NCBI RefSeq assembly: GCF_035594765.1
Contig: NC_085846.1
Span: 119,027,190 to 119,091,189 of the forward strand
Direction of reading: 5' to 3'
Origin: Anolis carolinensis
Lineage: Eukaryota
Length of the DNA: 64,000 bases
Below, in pieces: positions 34,700 to 46,282 of the stretch (within the stretch, counting starts at the first letter, position 1; each line of letters opens with the position of its first letter). The notes below the pieces were generated by a model. The model had not been told where the DNA came from, did no database searches, and saw nothing but the letters and a program-made list of their open reading frames with translations. The translations under genes and the position numbers were made by a program.

Positions 34700-35460
34700 G
34701 GGCATTCCAAAGGCCACCACCGAAAAGGCCCTCTTTCTCTCTCGTCCCCACCAGCCGTATTTGGGATGGTGGTGGGATCGAGAGGAGTGCCTCACCAGTC
34801 CGCGCCGGGGCATAGGGGGAGATGCGATCGCAAAGATAGGTGGAGTCCAAACCGTTTAGGGCTTTATAGGTCATAACCTGCACCTTGAATTCGGCCCAGC
34901 AGCTGATTGGCAGCCAGTGGAGCTGTTTTAGTAAGGGAGTTGTTCGGTCCCTATCACTAGCTCCTGTCGGGAGTCTGGCTGCGGCTCTTTGAACTAGTTA
35001 GAATTTCCGGACCGTCTTCAAGGGCAGCCCCACGTAGAGTGCATTACAGTAGTCCAGTCTAGATGTAAGCAAGCCCTGGACCACCGTGGCTAAGTCAGGC
35101 TTCTCGAGGTATGGTCGCAGCTGGCACACTAGTTTTAACTGTGCAAAGGTCCTCCCGGCCACCGCCGACACCTGAGCATCAAGTGTCAGCGCTGAGTCCA
35201 GGAGGACCCCCAAGCTGCGGTCCACGGAAAAGGTCCTCTCTCTCATTCCCACGTTGGAACATCCAAGTCTTCACATTTTTGCGGAATGTGGCCAGGGTAG
35301 GTGCTAACCTAATCTCCCTAGGGAGAGAGTTCCAGAGCCGGGGGGCCACCACCGAGAAGGCCATTCTCTTCCTCGTCCGAGAAGGGCCTCTCCTGACGAT
35401 CTCAGGGCTCAAATGGGCTGGTAGGAGATGCAGTGCCTCAGGTAGGCAGAGAGAAATGTA
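34700..35460 (-). mobile_element. L2-type LINE 3' fragments (end of ORF2); related fragments at ~24130-24460 and ~52060-52390
   Basis: LGVLLDSALT..RPYL..LLTSRLDYCNALYVGLP; FSVVAPRLWNSLP. Confidence 0.75.
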
Positions 35461-36210
35461 CAAAGCCTTTAAAATAATGGCTTGAAAAGAAATACTAGGC
35501 AATATTATATGACTTCTTTTTGACTAAATGAGTTGTTAATTGGGAGGTTGTGTGTGAGAGAGAGAGTAGAAATGCTTCAGCATCCTAAAGTAGCAGACAC
35601 GATGCCTCCACTGTGGAGCTTCTCTGAGATTCATGTGAGTGGAAAAAACATTAGACAAGACTCCAGACAGTAAGAGTCTTTGGCCTTTAGCTAAATCGGA
35701 TGTGAGTTTGTTTGCCTGACCTCAGCGATAAACATCCTCTGAATTTTGCAATTGCACAATAAACCAACTCAACAGAGATTCCCTTATTTGGGCTCTTCCA
35801 TTTGGATGGTCTTGTTCTGCTCTTGCTATGGGAAATCATGTTCTGACCACCCTCAGCACCAGTATAGCATCTCTGAAACTCTTGTGACAGTCCAGTGAGT
35901 TCCAAGCGAGAATGAGGAGTGGGCGAGTGTGGCTGAGGGATCCTGGGCAAGGGGCGGTGTGTGTGTGTGTGTGTTTGTGACTGAAATGGTCAAAGGTCTG
36001 GAAGCCATGAATCCCTATGAAAGGGAACAGCTTAAAGAGCTGCATCTGTTCGGCCTGCTTAAGAGAAGGTTGAGAGGGACATGCAAGCCACATTTACGTA
36101 TCCTAAGGTGTGTTTTTCCATGCCCTGGAAACTAGGACTCAGTGGAATTGTGAGTTCAATGGACAGGAAAGGAGATTCCACCTGCACATTAGGAAGAACT
36201 TCCTGACCAC

Positions 36211-37744
36211 GTGAAGAAAGAAGACCAAGTTGTTTATTCAGTTCAGCTGAAATGGATGACACCCGCGATCGTTCATTAAGGAGCCATCACACGCAATACA
36301 GAACTTTTATAATACAGAAAATGGGAGGCGCAACTTGAATTTCGCGCCGTTCGTTCCCCTGTCCCCCTGCGCGCTGATTGGTCCCTAAAGCAGCAGAGCA
36401 AACCCCCGTCCAATCAGGGAGCTCCTGGCGCCTCGGTGTTTCCACCTATCAGGGGCGAGGAGGCGGGCTGAGCTGTGAACAATGGATTTGCTAGGGATTA
36501 TGACTGAGTCATTGAGTTAATATGTAAGAAGGAAGTACCGAGCACACTCAAGGTAGTTTCCAGACTGCTTCTTGGGGTGCAAATATACATATTTGTCTGG
36601 CAGGCTTTGCCAGATTCTGGTGAGCCAAGCTGATCAGATGGGCAGGATTTGTTTCTGAATGAGTCCAGTTCATTTTGACAGCTGGGACAATCATAGGCTT
36701 TGATTGTCCCCATTGTAAATGGTCCGAGAACCAGATAGTCATCTTTTCCATTAAATGGGCCAGCTCCAACGTTTAATGGGAGAAGACCATATCTATTGTC
36801 CATGCAAGATGTGTGTCTGACAGTCTCCTGGAGCGAGGAATAATCTCCTCCAGTGAATGTCGCAACTATCTAGGTCAGATTTTGGTCATTCTTTAATATA
36901 AAATATATTTCATGAAGATAAAGGGAAAAGGGAACATGCAGGGTACACAAGACTCATGTAGGAACATAATTCATTTTGTTTCACCTATCCCAAAGCCCAA
37001 GTTTTAATGCAGGGGATTCATAAAGTAATAAAAGTTCAGAAAGGGAGGTTGAATCTGTGGCAATCCGAGCGAAACGGCCCCGCTGAGTCAAAGGTCGGCG
37101 GGAGGGGGCACTCCGAAGGTGAGGGCAGTTCATGAGCGGCAAGCAGGGAGCCCTGGGTGGCCCCCTCCGCACCCAGCACGCAGTCCGAACCTTCGTGGGT
37201 TTGTTCTTGTAGAGAAAATTGTGCCGCAGCACAAGGAAACTCCGTTTTGACAGTTTTTGACAATCAGCTGATTTGCTTCTAAAAACTTTATTAATTTGAG
37301 AACAGGTGGTCTCCTCATGAAGAGGAAGCCTTTTGAGTTAGTGATATAGAAGATGGTCATGCTTGGGGTCCAAATGAGGGAGATATGACTGGAAATAGGG
37401 GCTGGGGGGGTGAAACCGCGGTTCCGCGGCTCGCCCAGAGCGAGAGAAAGGGAGGAGAAGGCAGAGCGGCTAAGATCGCAAGGAAAATCATGCTTCAGTG
37501 CAAGGAAAGATACAAAATAGCCATAAGGAGAGAGGTTAGAGTAAGGAGATTCTTTTATTAGGGGTTTGTTACATAGTTAAAAGTTTGAAAGGCACAGGGA
37601 AGGAGCAGAAAACACATCTTAAGTTGCTGCTGGGGCATGCAGGCATGGCCGGATTGATCCCAACATGGCTCCTTCTGATCGGCGGAACTCCCTGTTGCAG
37701 ATCAGATTAGGCTGAATGCAGATGGCCACCCGGATTCGACCACA
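36211..37744 (-). mobile_element. Unclassified ~1.5-kb insertion with LTR-like ends, interrupting a CR1 3' fragment
   Basis: CR1 sequence breaks at 36210 and resumes at ~37745. Both ends of the insert carry AATAAA and a TTCA end on the - strand; the left end also has CCAAT, GC and TATA boxes. Confidence 0.5.
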
Positions 37745-38719
37745 ATGAGAAGAGCTGTTCAGCAGTGGAACTCTCTGCCTCAGAGTCCAGAGGAAGCTCC
37801 TTTTTTAAAATTAATTATTTGGCACAAACAGTTGAATATACAGTCAGAAAATATACATTCAAAAATAATGAAATGTGTCTAGTAGGCTTGATCGATCCAT
37901 GAAAAATTTGATTCTAAACTCGTTTCAAAACTAGAGGGGGCAGTTTTTCGTTTTTGTTGCTAATAACGAATTTGGCCCCCAAAATTTTTCGAAATTAACG
38001 AAAATTCGTTATTTTCGAAATTAATTCGTTAATGGCGGACGCGCATGCGCGGTGGCCCAAAAACAGCCCGAAGGGGGGGGACTTAGGGGGCTCTCCCGCC
38101 CTCATTTTTTGAGTGATCTTCTTCAAACTTGGTACAGTGGTAGAACACATTTAACACTGATAGCTCACCAAAATGTGGAACGTTTCCCTTATCCTCTGAT
38201 TTTTGGCAAATTTCCATAGCTTTTATAATAAACCATTTTTTAATAATTGCAGAAATCTGTTCCTTGTTTGAAAGTCTTATTTCCTGTTAAATTGGGTTGT
38301 CTTTACTGTGAAAGTCATTGCTCTACTTCAGAAACTTTGTTTTTGTGGCTGAAACTTTGTTAAATTGGTGTAGTCCCTGCATATGTGTGTGTGTTACTGT
38401 ATTTACAAATTAACCCCCAAATATCATGATGTATTGAAAACATTGACTACAAAAATGCGTTGGATAATCCAGAACATTGGATAAGCGAGTGTTGGATAAG
38501 TGAGACTCTACTGTATATTGTTTTTGCATGGCAGAATGGCGTTGGACTGGATGGTCTCTTCTAGCTTTATGATTCTATGATGTTTGGTGCCATGTTTCTA
38601 TGATTCTATCATTTTGTTGTCGAGCAATTTAGAACAGTATTGGATACCTGTAACTGTTTCTTTGAGTGGTGTTCTGTGGAAACACAACCCGCCCATCCTC
38701 CCCGCTGATTTCATGAAAA

Positions 38720-40745
38720 GAAAAGAAAAGAAAGAAAAAGCCACATCCGGCCAGGCCCACACACTGAAATACTAGGCCGGCCACCGTTGGCCGGCACGCT
38801 TCCCTGACAGGAAGAAAGAGGGGCCGCCGCCCCAAAGAAGGCTTCTGTGCAAGATTGCACAAAGGGGTAAAGAACGACAGCCGCGAGAGAAGAGAGAGGC
38901 GGTGCATCGTGGGAAACACGTCGACCACGTAGGCCGACAAGGCCCACACGTTGAAATACTAGGCCGGCCACCGTTGGCCGGCACGCTTCCCTGTGAGGAA
39001 GAAAGAGGGGCCGCCGCCCCAAAGGAGGCTTCTGTGCAAAATCGCATAAAGGGGTAAAGAACGACAGCCGTGAAAGAAGAGGAAAGGGAAGCGGTGCATA
39101 GTGGGAAACATGTCCACCACGTAGGCCAAAAAGGCCCACACTTTAAAATACTGCCACCGTTGGCCGGCACGCTTCCCTGTGAGGAAGAAAGAGGGGCCGC
39201 CGCCCCAAAGGAGGCTTCTGTGCAAAATCGCACAAAGGGGTAAAGAACGACAGCCGGCGAGAGAAGAGAGATGCGGTGCATCGTGGGAAACTCGACCACG
39301 TAGGCCGAGAGGCAGCAAAAAGAAAAGAAAAGAAAAGAAAAGAAAGAAAAAAGCCACAGGCGACAAGGCCCATACATTAAGCTGGGCCGGCCACTGTTTG
39401 CCGGCACGCATCCCTGAGAGAGAGAGAGAGAGAAAAAACCAGAGGACACAGCCCCAAAGGAGGCTTCTGTGCAAAATCGCATAAAGGGCTAAAGAACGAC
39501 AGCCGCGAGAGAAGAGAGATGCGGTGCATCGGGGGAAACACGTCGACCACGTAGGCCGACAAGGCCCATACTTTTAAATACTAGGCCGGCCACCGTTGGC
39601 CGGCACGCTTCCCAGACAGGAAGTAAGAGGGGCCGCCGCCCCAAAGGAGGCTTCGGTGCAAACTCGCTCAAAGGGCTAAAGAACGACAGCCGCGAGAGAA
39701 GAGGAAAGGGAAGCGGTGAGTAGTGGGAAACACGTCGACCACGTAGGCCGAGAGGCAGCAAAAACAAAAGAAAAGAAATAAAAAGCCACAGGCGACAAGG
39801 CCCATACTTTAAGCCGGGCCGGCCACAGTTTGCCGGCACGCATCCCCGGGAGAGAGAAAAAAACAGAGGACACCGCCCCAAAGGAGGCTTCGGTGCAAAC
39901 TCGCATAAAGGGGTAAAGAACGACAGCCGCGAGAGAAGAGAGAGGCGGTGCATCGGGGGAAACTCGGCCACGTAGGCCGAGAGGCAGCAAAGACCAAAGA
40001 AAAGACAGAAGAAGCCACGGCCAAAAAGGCCCACACTTTAAAATACTAGGCCGGCCACCGTTGGCCGGCACGCTTCCCAGACAGGAAGAAAGAGGGGCCG
40101 CCGCCCCAAAGGAGGCTTCGGTGCAAACTCGCATAAAGGGGTAAAGAACGACAGCCGGCGAGAGAAGAGAGAGGCGGTGCATCGGGGGAAACTCGGCCAC
40201 GTAGGCCGAGAGGCAGCAAAGACCAAAGAAAAGACAGAAAAAGCCACGGCCGAAAAGGCCCACACTTTAAAATACTAGGCCGGCCACCGTTGGCCGGCAC
40301 GCTTCCCAGACAGGAAGAAAGAGGGGCCGCCGCCCCAAAGGAGGCTTCGGTGCAAACTCGCATAAAGGGGTAAAGAACGACAGCCGGCGAGAGAAGAGAG
40401 ATGCGGTGCATCGGGGGAAACTCGGCCACGTAGGCCGAGAGGCAGCAAAGACCAAAGAAAAGACAGAAGAAGCCACGGCCGAAAAGGCCCACACTTCAAA
40501 ATACTAGGCCGGCCACCGTTGGCCGGCACGCTTCCCAGACAGGAAGAAAGAGGGGCCGCCGCCCCAAAGGAGGCTTCGGTGCAAACTCGCATAAAGGGGT
40601 AAAGAACGACAGCCAGCGAGAGAAGAGAGAGGCGGTGCATCGGGGGAAACTCGGCCACGTAGTCCGAGAGGCAGCAAAGACCAAAGAAAAGACAGAAGAA
40701 GCCACGGCCAAAAAGGCCCACACTTTAAAATACTAGGCCGGCCAC
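38720..40745. repeat. Imperfect GC-rich tandem array (~185-235 bp unit; 229 bp in the homogeneous right part) inside the hAT element
   Basis: The motif aaatactaggccggccaccgttggccggc recurs at ~38768, 38954, 39577, 40041, 40270, 40499 and 40728, with variant units in between. Confidence 0.9.
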
Positions 40746-41248
40746 CGTTGGCCGGCCCCACGCCCACACCGCTGAACCCACAGGGGGAAGGGCATGCTTT
40801 CTTAACGTCTGCTTTCGAAATGTGGGCCCAAGCCCCTCAGACCCGGGGGGCCGGCCACCGTTGGCCGGCCCCACGCCCACACCGCTGAACCCACAGGGGG
40901 AAGGGCATGCTTTCTTAACGTCTGCTTTCGAAATGTGGGCCCAAGCCCCTCAGACCCGGGGGGCCGGCCACCGTTGGCCGGCCCCACGCCCACACCGCTG
41001 AACCCACAGGGGGAAGGGCATGCTTTCTTAACGTCTGCTTTCGAAATGTGGGCCCAAGCCCCTCTGACCCGGGGGGCCGGCCACCGTTGGCCGGCCCCAC
41101 GCCCACACCGCTGAACCCACAGGGGGAAGGGCATGCTTTCTTAACGTCTGCTTTCGAAATGTGGGCCCAAGCCCCTCAGACCCGGGGGGCCGGCCACCGT
41201 TGGCCGGCCCCACGCCCACACCGCTGAACCCACAGGGGGAAGGGCATG
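40737..41248. repeat. 113-bp tandem repeat, ~4.5 copies, inside the hAT element
   Basis: Near-identical units starting at 40737, 40850, 40963, 41076 and 41189. Confidence 0.92.
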
Positions 41249-42462
41249 CGCCCACACATCGAAAGCAGCCGCAAGGCACACGTCCTGAAGGGGGAACGGC
41301 ACCCTCTGCGTGCCAGGTCAAAGGGGGAGGGGACCCAAAAGCGGCCGTTTAACGACCACAGCGTAGACCACGGCATATAAAGGAGAAGGGACACTAGACA
41401 ACCATTTGGAGAAATGCTGGCAAAGGCGGAGGTGTCCCACTGTCTTTGATGATTCCCCCCTCCGAGTTATAAAGGCACCCTCCGCGTAAGCGGGCAGAGG
41501 GCTAGGGGACCCAAAGGCGGCCGTCCCATGGCCACTGCGGCGACCACACCCGCTCAAGCCGATGGGACAGTGAAAGATGAAAATTTAGAGAAGTTCTGGC
41601 CAAGGTCGAGGTGTAGTAATCCCAGCGGATAAAGACATCCTAAAAGGTTCAGATGGACAGATACCTCTGTAAAGTGAGAGTCTGGCGTATTCCTACACCT
41701 AAAATGATTATCTGAAGTATCCACATCAAATATAACAGTGCTCTTTCTGTACAGGAACTGCGAGGATCTGGAGAAGACCTAACAGTCATGGCTCATGATG
41801 GAAATATTTTTTGCCCCCCCCCCCCCCCAAAAAAAAAGGGAATTGAATGAAATCCGAACAGAACACAAAGAGGAAGCATTTCCTACCTTGGCTTTTATGG
41901 ACTAATTTTCCACAGAATATCCTTCTACCTCTACAGAGTCAGTATTACAGGAGAGAAAACGTTTTGTAACTTCCGAATACAGAGATGGGCCAAAAGTATA
42001 TTAAGTTCAACAGGGACAAATGAAACATACTTCTCTCCGCGATGGCTGTTCGGCAGTGGAACTGTCTCCCCCGGACTGTGTTGGAGGCCCCTTCTTTTGA
42101 AGCTTTTAAGCATAGGCTCGATGGCCATCTGTCGGGGATGCTTTGAATGAAACTTCCTGCGTCTGTCTTGGGGGAGAACTCGATGGCCCATGAGTTCTAT
42201 TCCAACTCTACTTTTCTATGATTCCATGATTCAATGATTCGGGAAACGGCCCCTTGAGATGGATGAACCCAAAAACGACAGTGGGCAACGTTGAGTGATG
42301 AAAAAGAGGAGAAAGGAAGGGAAAAGAGAGAGGAAAGCATTGTAGGATAGAGGAGAGAGTTGTTGGACAGAGTCCAAAGGGGCCACCCCCCCGCCCGGCC
42401 GCCCAAAAAATTGGCCAAACTTACTCTGAAGCAGAGTTGCTTAAAGGAGGAGAACTGTTGCT

Positions 42463-44937
42463 CTAGGAGCAGTCGGTCTCAAAATCCAAATCTGGGAAAT
42501 TCAACACAGGAAGGTTGGCCTTCAGGAAAACAAGTTTCTCAACTGTTTGAGGGTCCAGCAAGCTGCGGTGGGGCGTGACCACATCTCCCGCTAGGCTGAA
42601 GACCCTTTCGCTCTGGACGCTGGTGGGAGGACAGCTGAGGAACTGGCGGGCTACGTGCGACAGATCCGGCCACATGTGTTCACGTGAAGCCCAATAGGAC
42701 AATGGATCACAAGAAATTATCTCAGGAGGCTCCTCAAAGTATCTGTTGACCGAGCATTCGGCCGAGTCTACCTTTTGAGCAGAAGCCAGCAAAGAGGATT
42801 CTTCAGAGCAGGCAAGTATGGCCACCGTCTCTGCAAAGAAAACGTTTCCTGTTCGCGGCTGGAGATCCGTATCCCTACGGCAACCCCCTACCGGCTCCCC
42901 GGGACTTTCAGTCTCGCCACTAGCGCTAGTGCTGGGGGTGACAGGCATTTCTGGAAGAGGGGCCGCTGTGCCCGTTTCCTCCACCCTGGCAGCAAAGACC
43001 TCCCTCACAAGGTCAACAAGTTGGGCCTTCCACACGGTAAAGTCTTTTGGGCAGACGTTGTACTTTAGCCGTGGATCACACAAGGCCGCCAGCATATGGA
43101 CCTTGCTGGAAAGAAGTGGCTCTAGGCGTTTCCGTACAGCAAAGGACAACCTCCTCACCACCTCCTGGACCGGCGGTGTCAGCGGTCCAGCCAGGGAGTC
43201 CAGTGTTCGACCGGCCCCAAGCCTTTCTAGGTGCCTCCTTAGCCTCAAGACCATGGGCACTGCCTGGCTCAGAAGGGCTTTTGATTCCGAAAGGGTCTCA
43301 GTGGCATGTTTGAATGGCTTTAGTACGTCTACTAGCTGGGAGATGGTGTCCCACTCTTGCTTAGTTGGAACAAGCTTGCTAACAGGCGCAGCCAAAGTGA
43401 GGGAGATGCCGTGTACTGCCTTCTGCTGCTCGACCATGCGTTCGAGCATTTTTAAGGTTGAATTCCACCGAGTCGAGACGTCCTGGAGCAGCTTGTGCTG
43501 CGGGAGGCCTTCAAGGCTCTGCCTGTCTCTCAGCTGCCGGGCTGCCTTGATGCTCCTGTGGAAGTAGCCCGCGATCTTTCTACAGCGCTCGATCAGCAGG
43601 GAGATGTTTGTGTTGCTGGCCGACTGCTCTTCCTGGCTCTTTAAACCTTCCTTGACGGTATTGTGAAGCAAGTGGGCCATGCAGGACACATTCTGAAACC
43701 CGGCACTTTCAACCGCTTTGATCATATTTTTACCAGCGTCCGTCACCATAAAGCCCCTCCTCATTTCTTCCGGCCTACACTGCATCCATTCCCCCATCAT
43801 GTTTTCCAGATAGTTGCAGATGGTCTCTGCCTTGTGATCACGATCAACTACCTCCAATGCGAGGAGTGCCCAACGATGGGATGTATCCATAGTGCCTTCC
43901 TTCTCCCACCAATGTGCCGTGAGAGAGAGGTAGGAGTGGCCTCCTCCCAAGCTTGACCAAATATCAGAGGTAAAATGGATGTGTCCTCCCATGGCGGTAC
44001 ACAACATCTGGATAATGCGTTCCTTACAGCCCTCATACAATCCGGGAATAACTTTTCTGGAAAAGGTGTGACGGGAGGGGATTTTGTATCGGGGGCACAG
44101 TCGTTTCATAAGGCGTACGAAGCCTTCTTGTTCTACCAGGCGGAAGGGATGGTGATCTAGGGCAATCATCTCTCCCACAGTTTGTGTTATCTGCTGGGGT
44201 GTGAGTAATGTTTCCCCCGTTTTCTTTCTGGGTAATGGAATGGCCCAATCCTCCAAGGTGGACTGTGTCCGCCTTCCACCATCTTCACCAGGAGAACTTT
44301 GCGTGCTAAGGCTGCCACTGGAAGGGCTTGCAGTTCCCCCTCCTAGCGAAATGGAGGGATGGTGTCGCTTCATGTGAGAGCTCAACCCCGAGGTCGCAAG
44401 ATGTCTCGTGTCTCTGCCTCTGCTGATATTTGCCCCACAGTGTCTACAAACTGCCAAAGTAGCACTCTGAGAGTGCACATGGAAATGGTCCCAAATAAAT
44501 GACCTTGGCCTCCCCACAGCCACTGTGGCGACGCCCTCAGAGATGGGAGTCGTGGGCACCCTTTCAGCAGCATGAGAAAGTCTACGTTTTGATGGTAGTA
44601 CCTCCTCTACCTCCTCCTCACTGTCAGTAGCGGGTGGAGGGGTGGGGTTATCTATATCCTCATCCACCACCTGTAGTTCCATGACGGCAACACCTGTATG
44701 TTCCATTGATCGTCCAGTTGTCTCAGCTCCATACGACAACCGGCTCCGGGTGGATGCCTGTGAACTTTCTGCATTCGAACAGCCAGCTTCTTCATCAAGT
44801 CCACCCACTCCCATAGTTCGGCGTTCCAGACGGATGGGACCCACCTTAACTTTTTTGGCCCCCCACAGTGTCCTGGCTGTGGCTTGACCACTAGCAGGAC
44901 TTGCTCCCCCAGACCCGCGTACAGCTGAGCGCTTCAT
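42463..44937 (-). CDS. hAT transposase, 824 aa, ZBED4/ZBED6-like (BED finger, DDE core, hATC dimerisation domain)
   Basis: IWDHF..CRHC..HMKRHH BED finger; SDIWS, VTD, CMAH, TRWNS; YW..WPDL..PPTSVQSERVFS. Uninterrupted ATG-to-TAG ORF. Confidence 0.95.
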   Translation of the reverse strand: MKRSAVRGSGGASPASGQATARTLWGAKKVKVGPIRLERRTMGVGGLDEEAGCSNAESSQASTRSRLSYGAETTGRSMEHTGVAVMELQVVDEDIDNPTPPPATDSEEEVEEVLPSKRRLSHAAERVPTTPISEGVATVAVGRPRSFIWDHFHVHSQSATLAVCRHCGANISRGRDTRHLATSGLSSHMKRHHPSISLGGGTASPSSGSLSTQSSPGEDGGRRTQSTLEDWAIPLPRKKTGETLLTPQQITQTVGEMIALDHHPFRLVEQEGFVRLMKRLCPRYKIPSRHTFSRKVIPGLYEGCKERIIQMLCTAMGGHIHFTSDIWSSLGGGHSYLSLTAHWWEKEGTMDTSHRWALLALEVVDRDHKAETICNYLENMMGEWMQCRPEEMRRGFMVTDAGKNMIKAVESAGFQNVSCMAHLLHNTVKEGLKSQEEQSASNTNISLLIERCRKIAGYFHRSIKAARQLRDRQSLEGLPQHKLLQDVSTRWNSTLKMLERMVEQQKAVHGISLTLAAPVSKLVPTKQEWDTISQLVDVLKPFKHATETLSESKALLSQAVPMVLRLRRHLERLGAGRTLDSLAGPLTPPVQEVVRRLSFAVRKRLEPLLSSKVHMLAALCDPRLKYNVCPKDFTVWKAQLVDLVREVFAARVEETGTAAPLPEMPVTPSTSASGETESPGEPVGGCRRDTDLQPRTGNVFFAETVAILACSEESSLLASAQKVDSAECSVNRYFEEPPEIISCDPLSYWASREHMWPDLSHVARQFLSCPPTSVQSERVFSLAGDVVTPHRSLLDPQTVEKLVFLKANLPVLNFPDLDFETDCS

Positions 44938-45124
44938 GACAAGGGGAGTGTTTTCAGGTAACAGAAGGGATGATGGTAAGGTGTTGTGTTACTGGTGGGA
45001 AATATTTGTTGAATCTTGATTGGCAACGTGTTATATTCTGGCCAATTAACTGTCGCAAAAGCGCAGTCTATAACATTTAGTTAGTTTTATTTGTTTTCAA
45101 GGGGATACCTGTACTTTCCAGTTC

Positions 45125-46282
45125 TACAGGGAAGTATGGGATATGCAACTCTTTCCCAAACTTGGCTTAGGATTATCAGGAAGCGTCCCCGGCTGAGACA
45201 CAAGCAGCCCCGCTTGTGTTTGAGACTGGGGAAGGGACAAAGGCACCCCCCCCTTCTTTCCCCAAAAGGAGTTGTATTTGGTACAGGGAAGTATGGGATA
45301 TGCAAGTCTTTCCCAAACTTGGCTTAGGATTATCAGGAAGCGTCCCCGGCTGAGACACAAGCAGCCCCGCTTGTGTTTGAGAGCGGTGAAGGGACAAAGG
45401 CACCCCCCTTCTTTCCCCAAAAGGAGTTGTATTTTGTACAGGGAAGTATGGGATATGCAACTCTTTCCCAAACTTGGCTTAGGATTATCAGGAAGCGTCC
45501 CCGGCTGAGACACAAGCAGCCCCGCTTGTGTTTGAGAGCGGTGAAGGGACAAAGGCACCCCCCCTTCTTTCCCCAAAAGGAGTTGTATTTTGTACAGGGA
45601 AGTATGGGATATGCAACTCTTTCCCAAACTTGGCTTAGGATTATCAGGAAGCGTCCCCGGCTGAGACACAAGCAGCCCCGCTTGTGTTTGAGAGCGGTGA
45701 AGGGACAAAGGCACCCCCTTCTTTCCCCAAAAGGAGTTGTATTTTGTACAGGGAAGTATGGGATATGCAAGTCTTTCCCAAACTTGGCTTAGGATTATCA
45801 GGAAGCGTCCCTGGCTGAGACACAAGCAGCCCCGCTTGTGTTTGAGACTGGGGAAGGGACAAAGGCACCCCCCCTTCTTTCCCCAAAAGGAGTTGTATTT
45901 TGTACAGGGAAGTATGGGATATGCAACTCTTTCCCAAACTTGGCTTAGGATTATCAGGAAGCGTCCCCGGCTGAGACACAAGCAGCCCCGCTTGTGTTTG
46001 AGAGCGGTGAAGGGACAAAGGCACCCCCCCTTCTTTCCCCAAAAGGAGTTGTATTTTGTACAGGGAAGTATGGGATATGCAACTCTTTCCCAAACTTGGC
46101 TTAGGATTATCAGGAAGCGTCCCCGGCTGAGACACAAGCAGCCCCGCTTGTGTTTGAGAGCGCTGAAGGGACAAAGGCACCCCCTTCTTTCCCCAAAAGG
46201 AGTTGTATTTTGTACAGGGAAGTATGGGATATGCAACTCTTTCCCAAACTTGGCTTAGGATTATCAGGAAGCGTCCCTGGCT
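45125..46282. repeat. 154-157-bp tandem repeat, ~7.5 copies, upstream of the transposase
   Basis: tacagggaagtatgggatatgcaa recurs at 45125, 45282, 45437, 45593, 45747, 45903, 46059 and 46213. Confidence 0.93.

Noticed and set aside
40737-41248. Possible hammerhead ribozyme on the - strand of the 113-bp unit (ctgagggg...cgaaag)
   Set aside because: The core is CUGAGGG rather than CUGANGA and I could not build consistent stems I and III.
38629-41352. Many overlapping 75-236 aa ORFs
   Set aside because: By-products of GC-rich, stop-poor tandem arrays.
42818-43567. 249-aa + strand ORF (and similar ORFs antisense to gag-pol and the GIMAPs)
   Set aside because: Antisense shadows of real coding sequence with no independent features.
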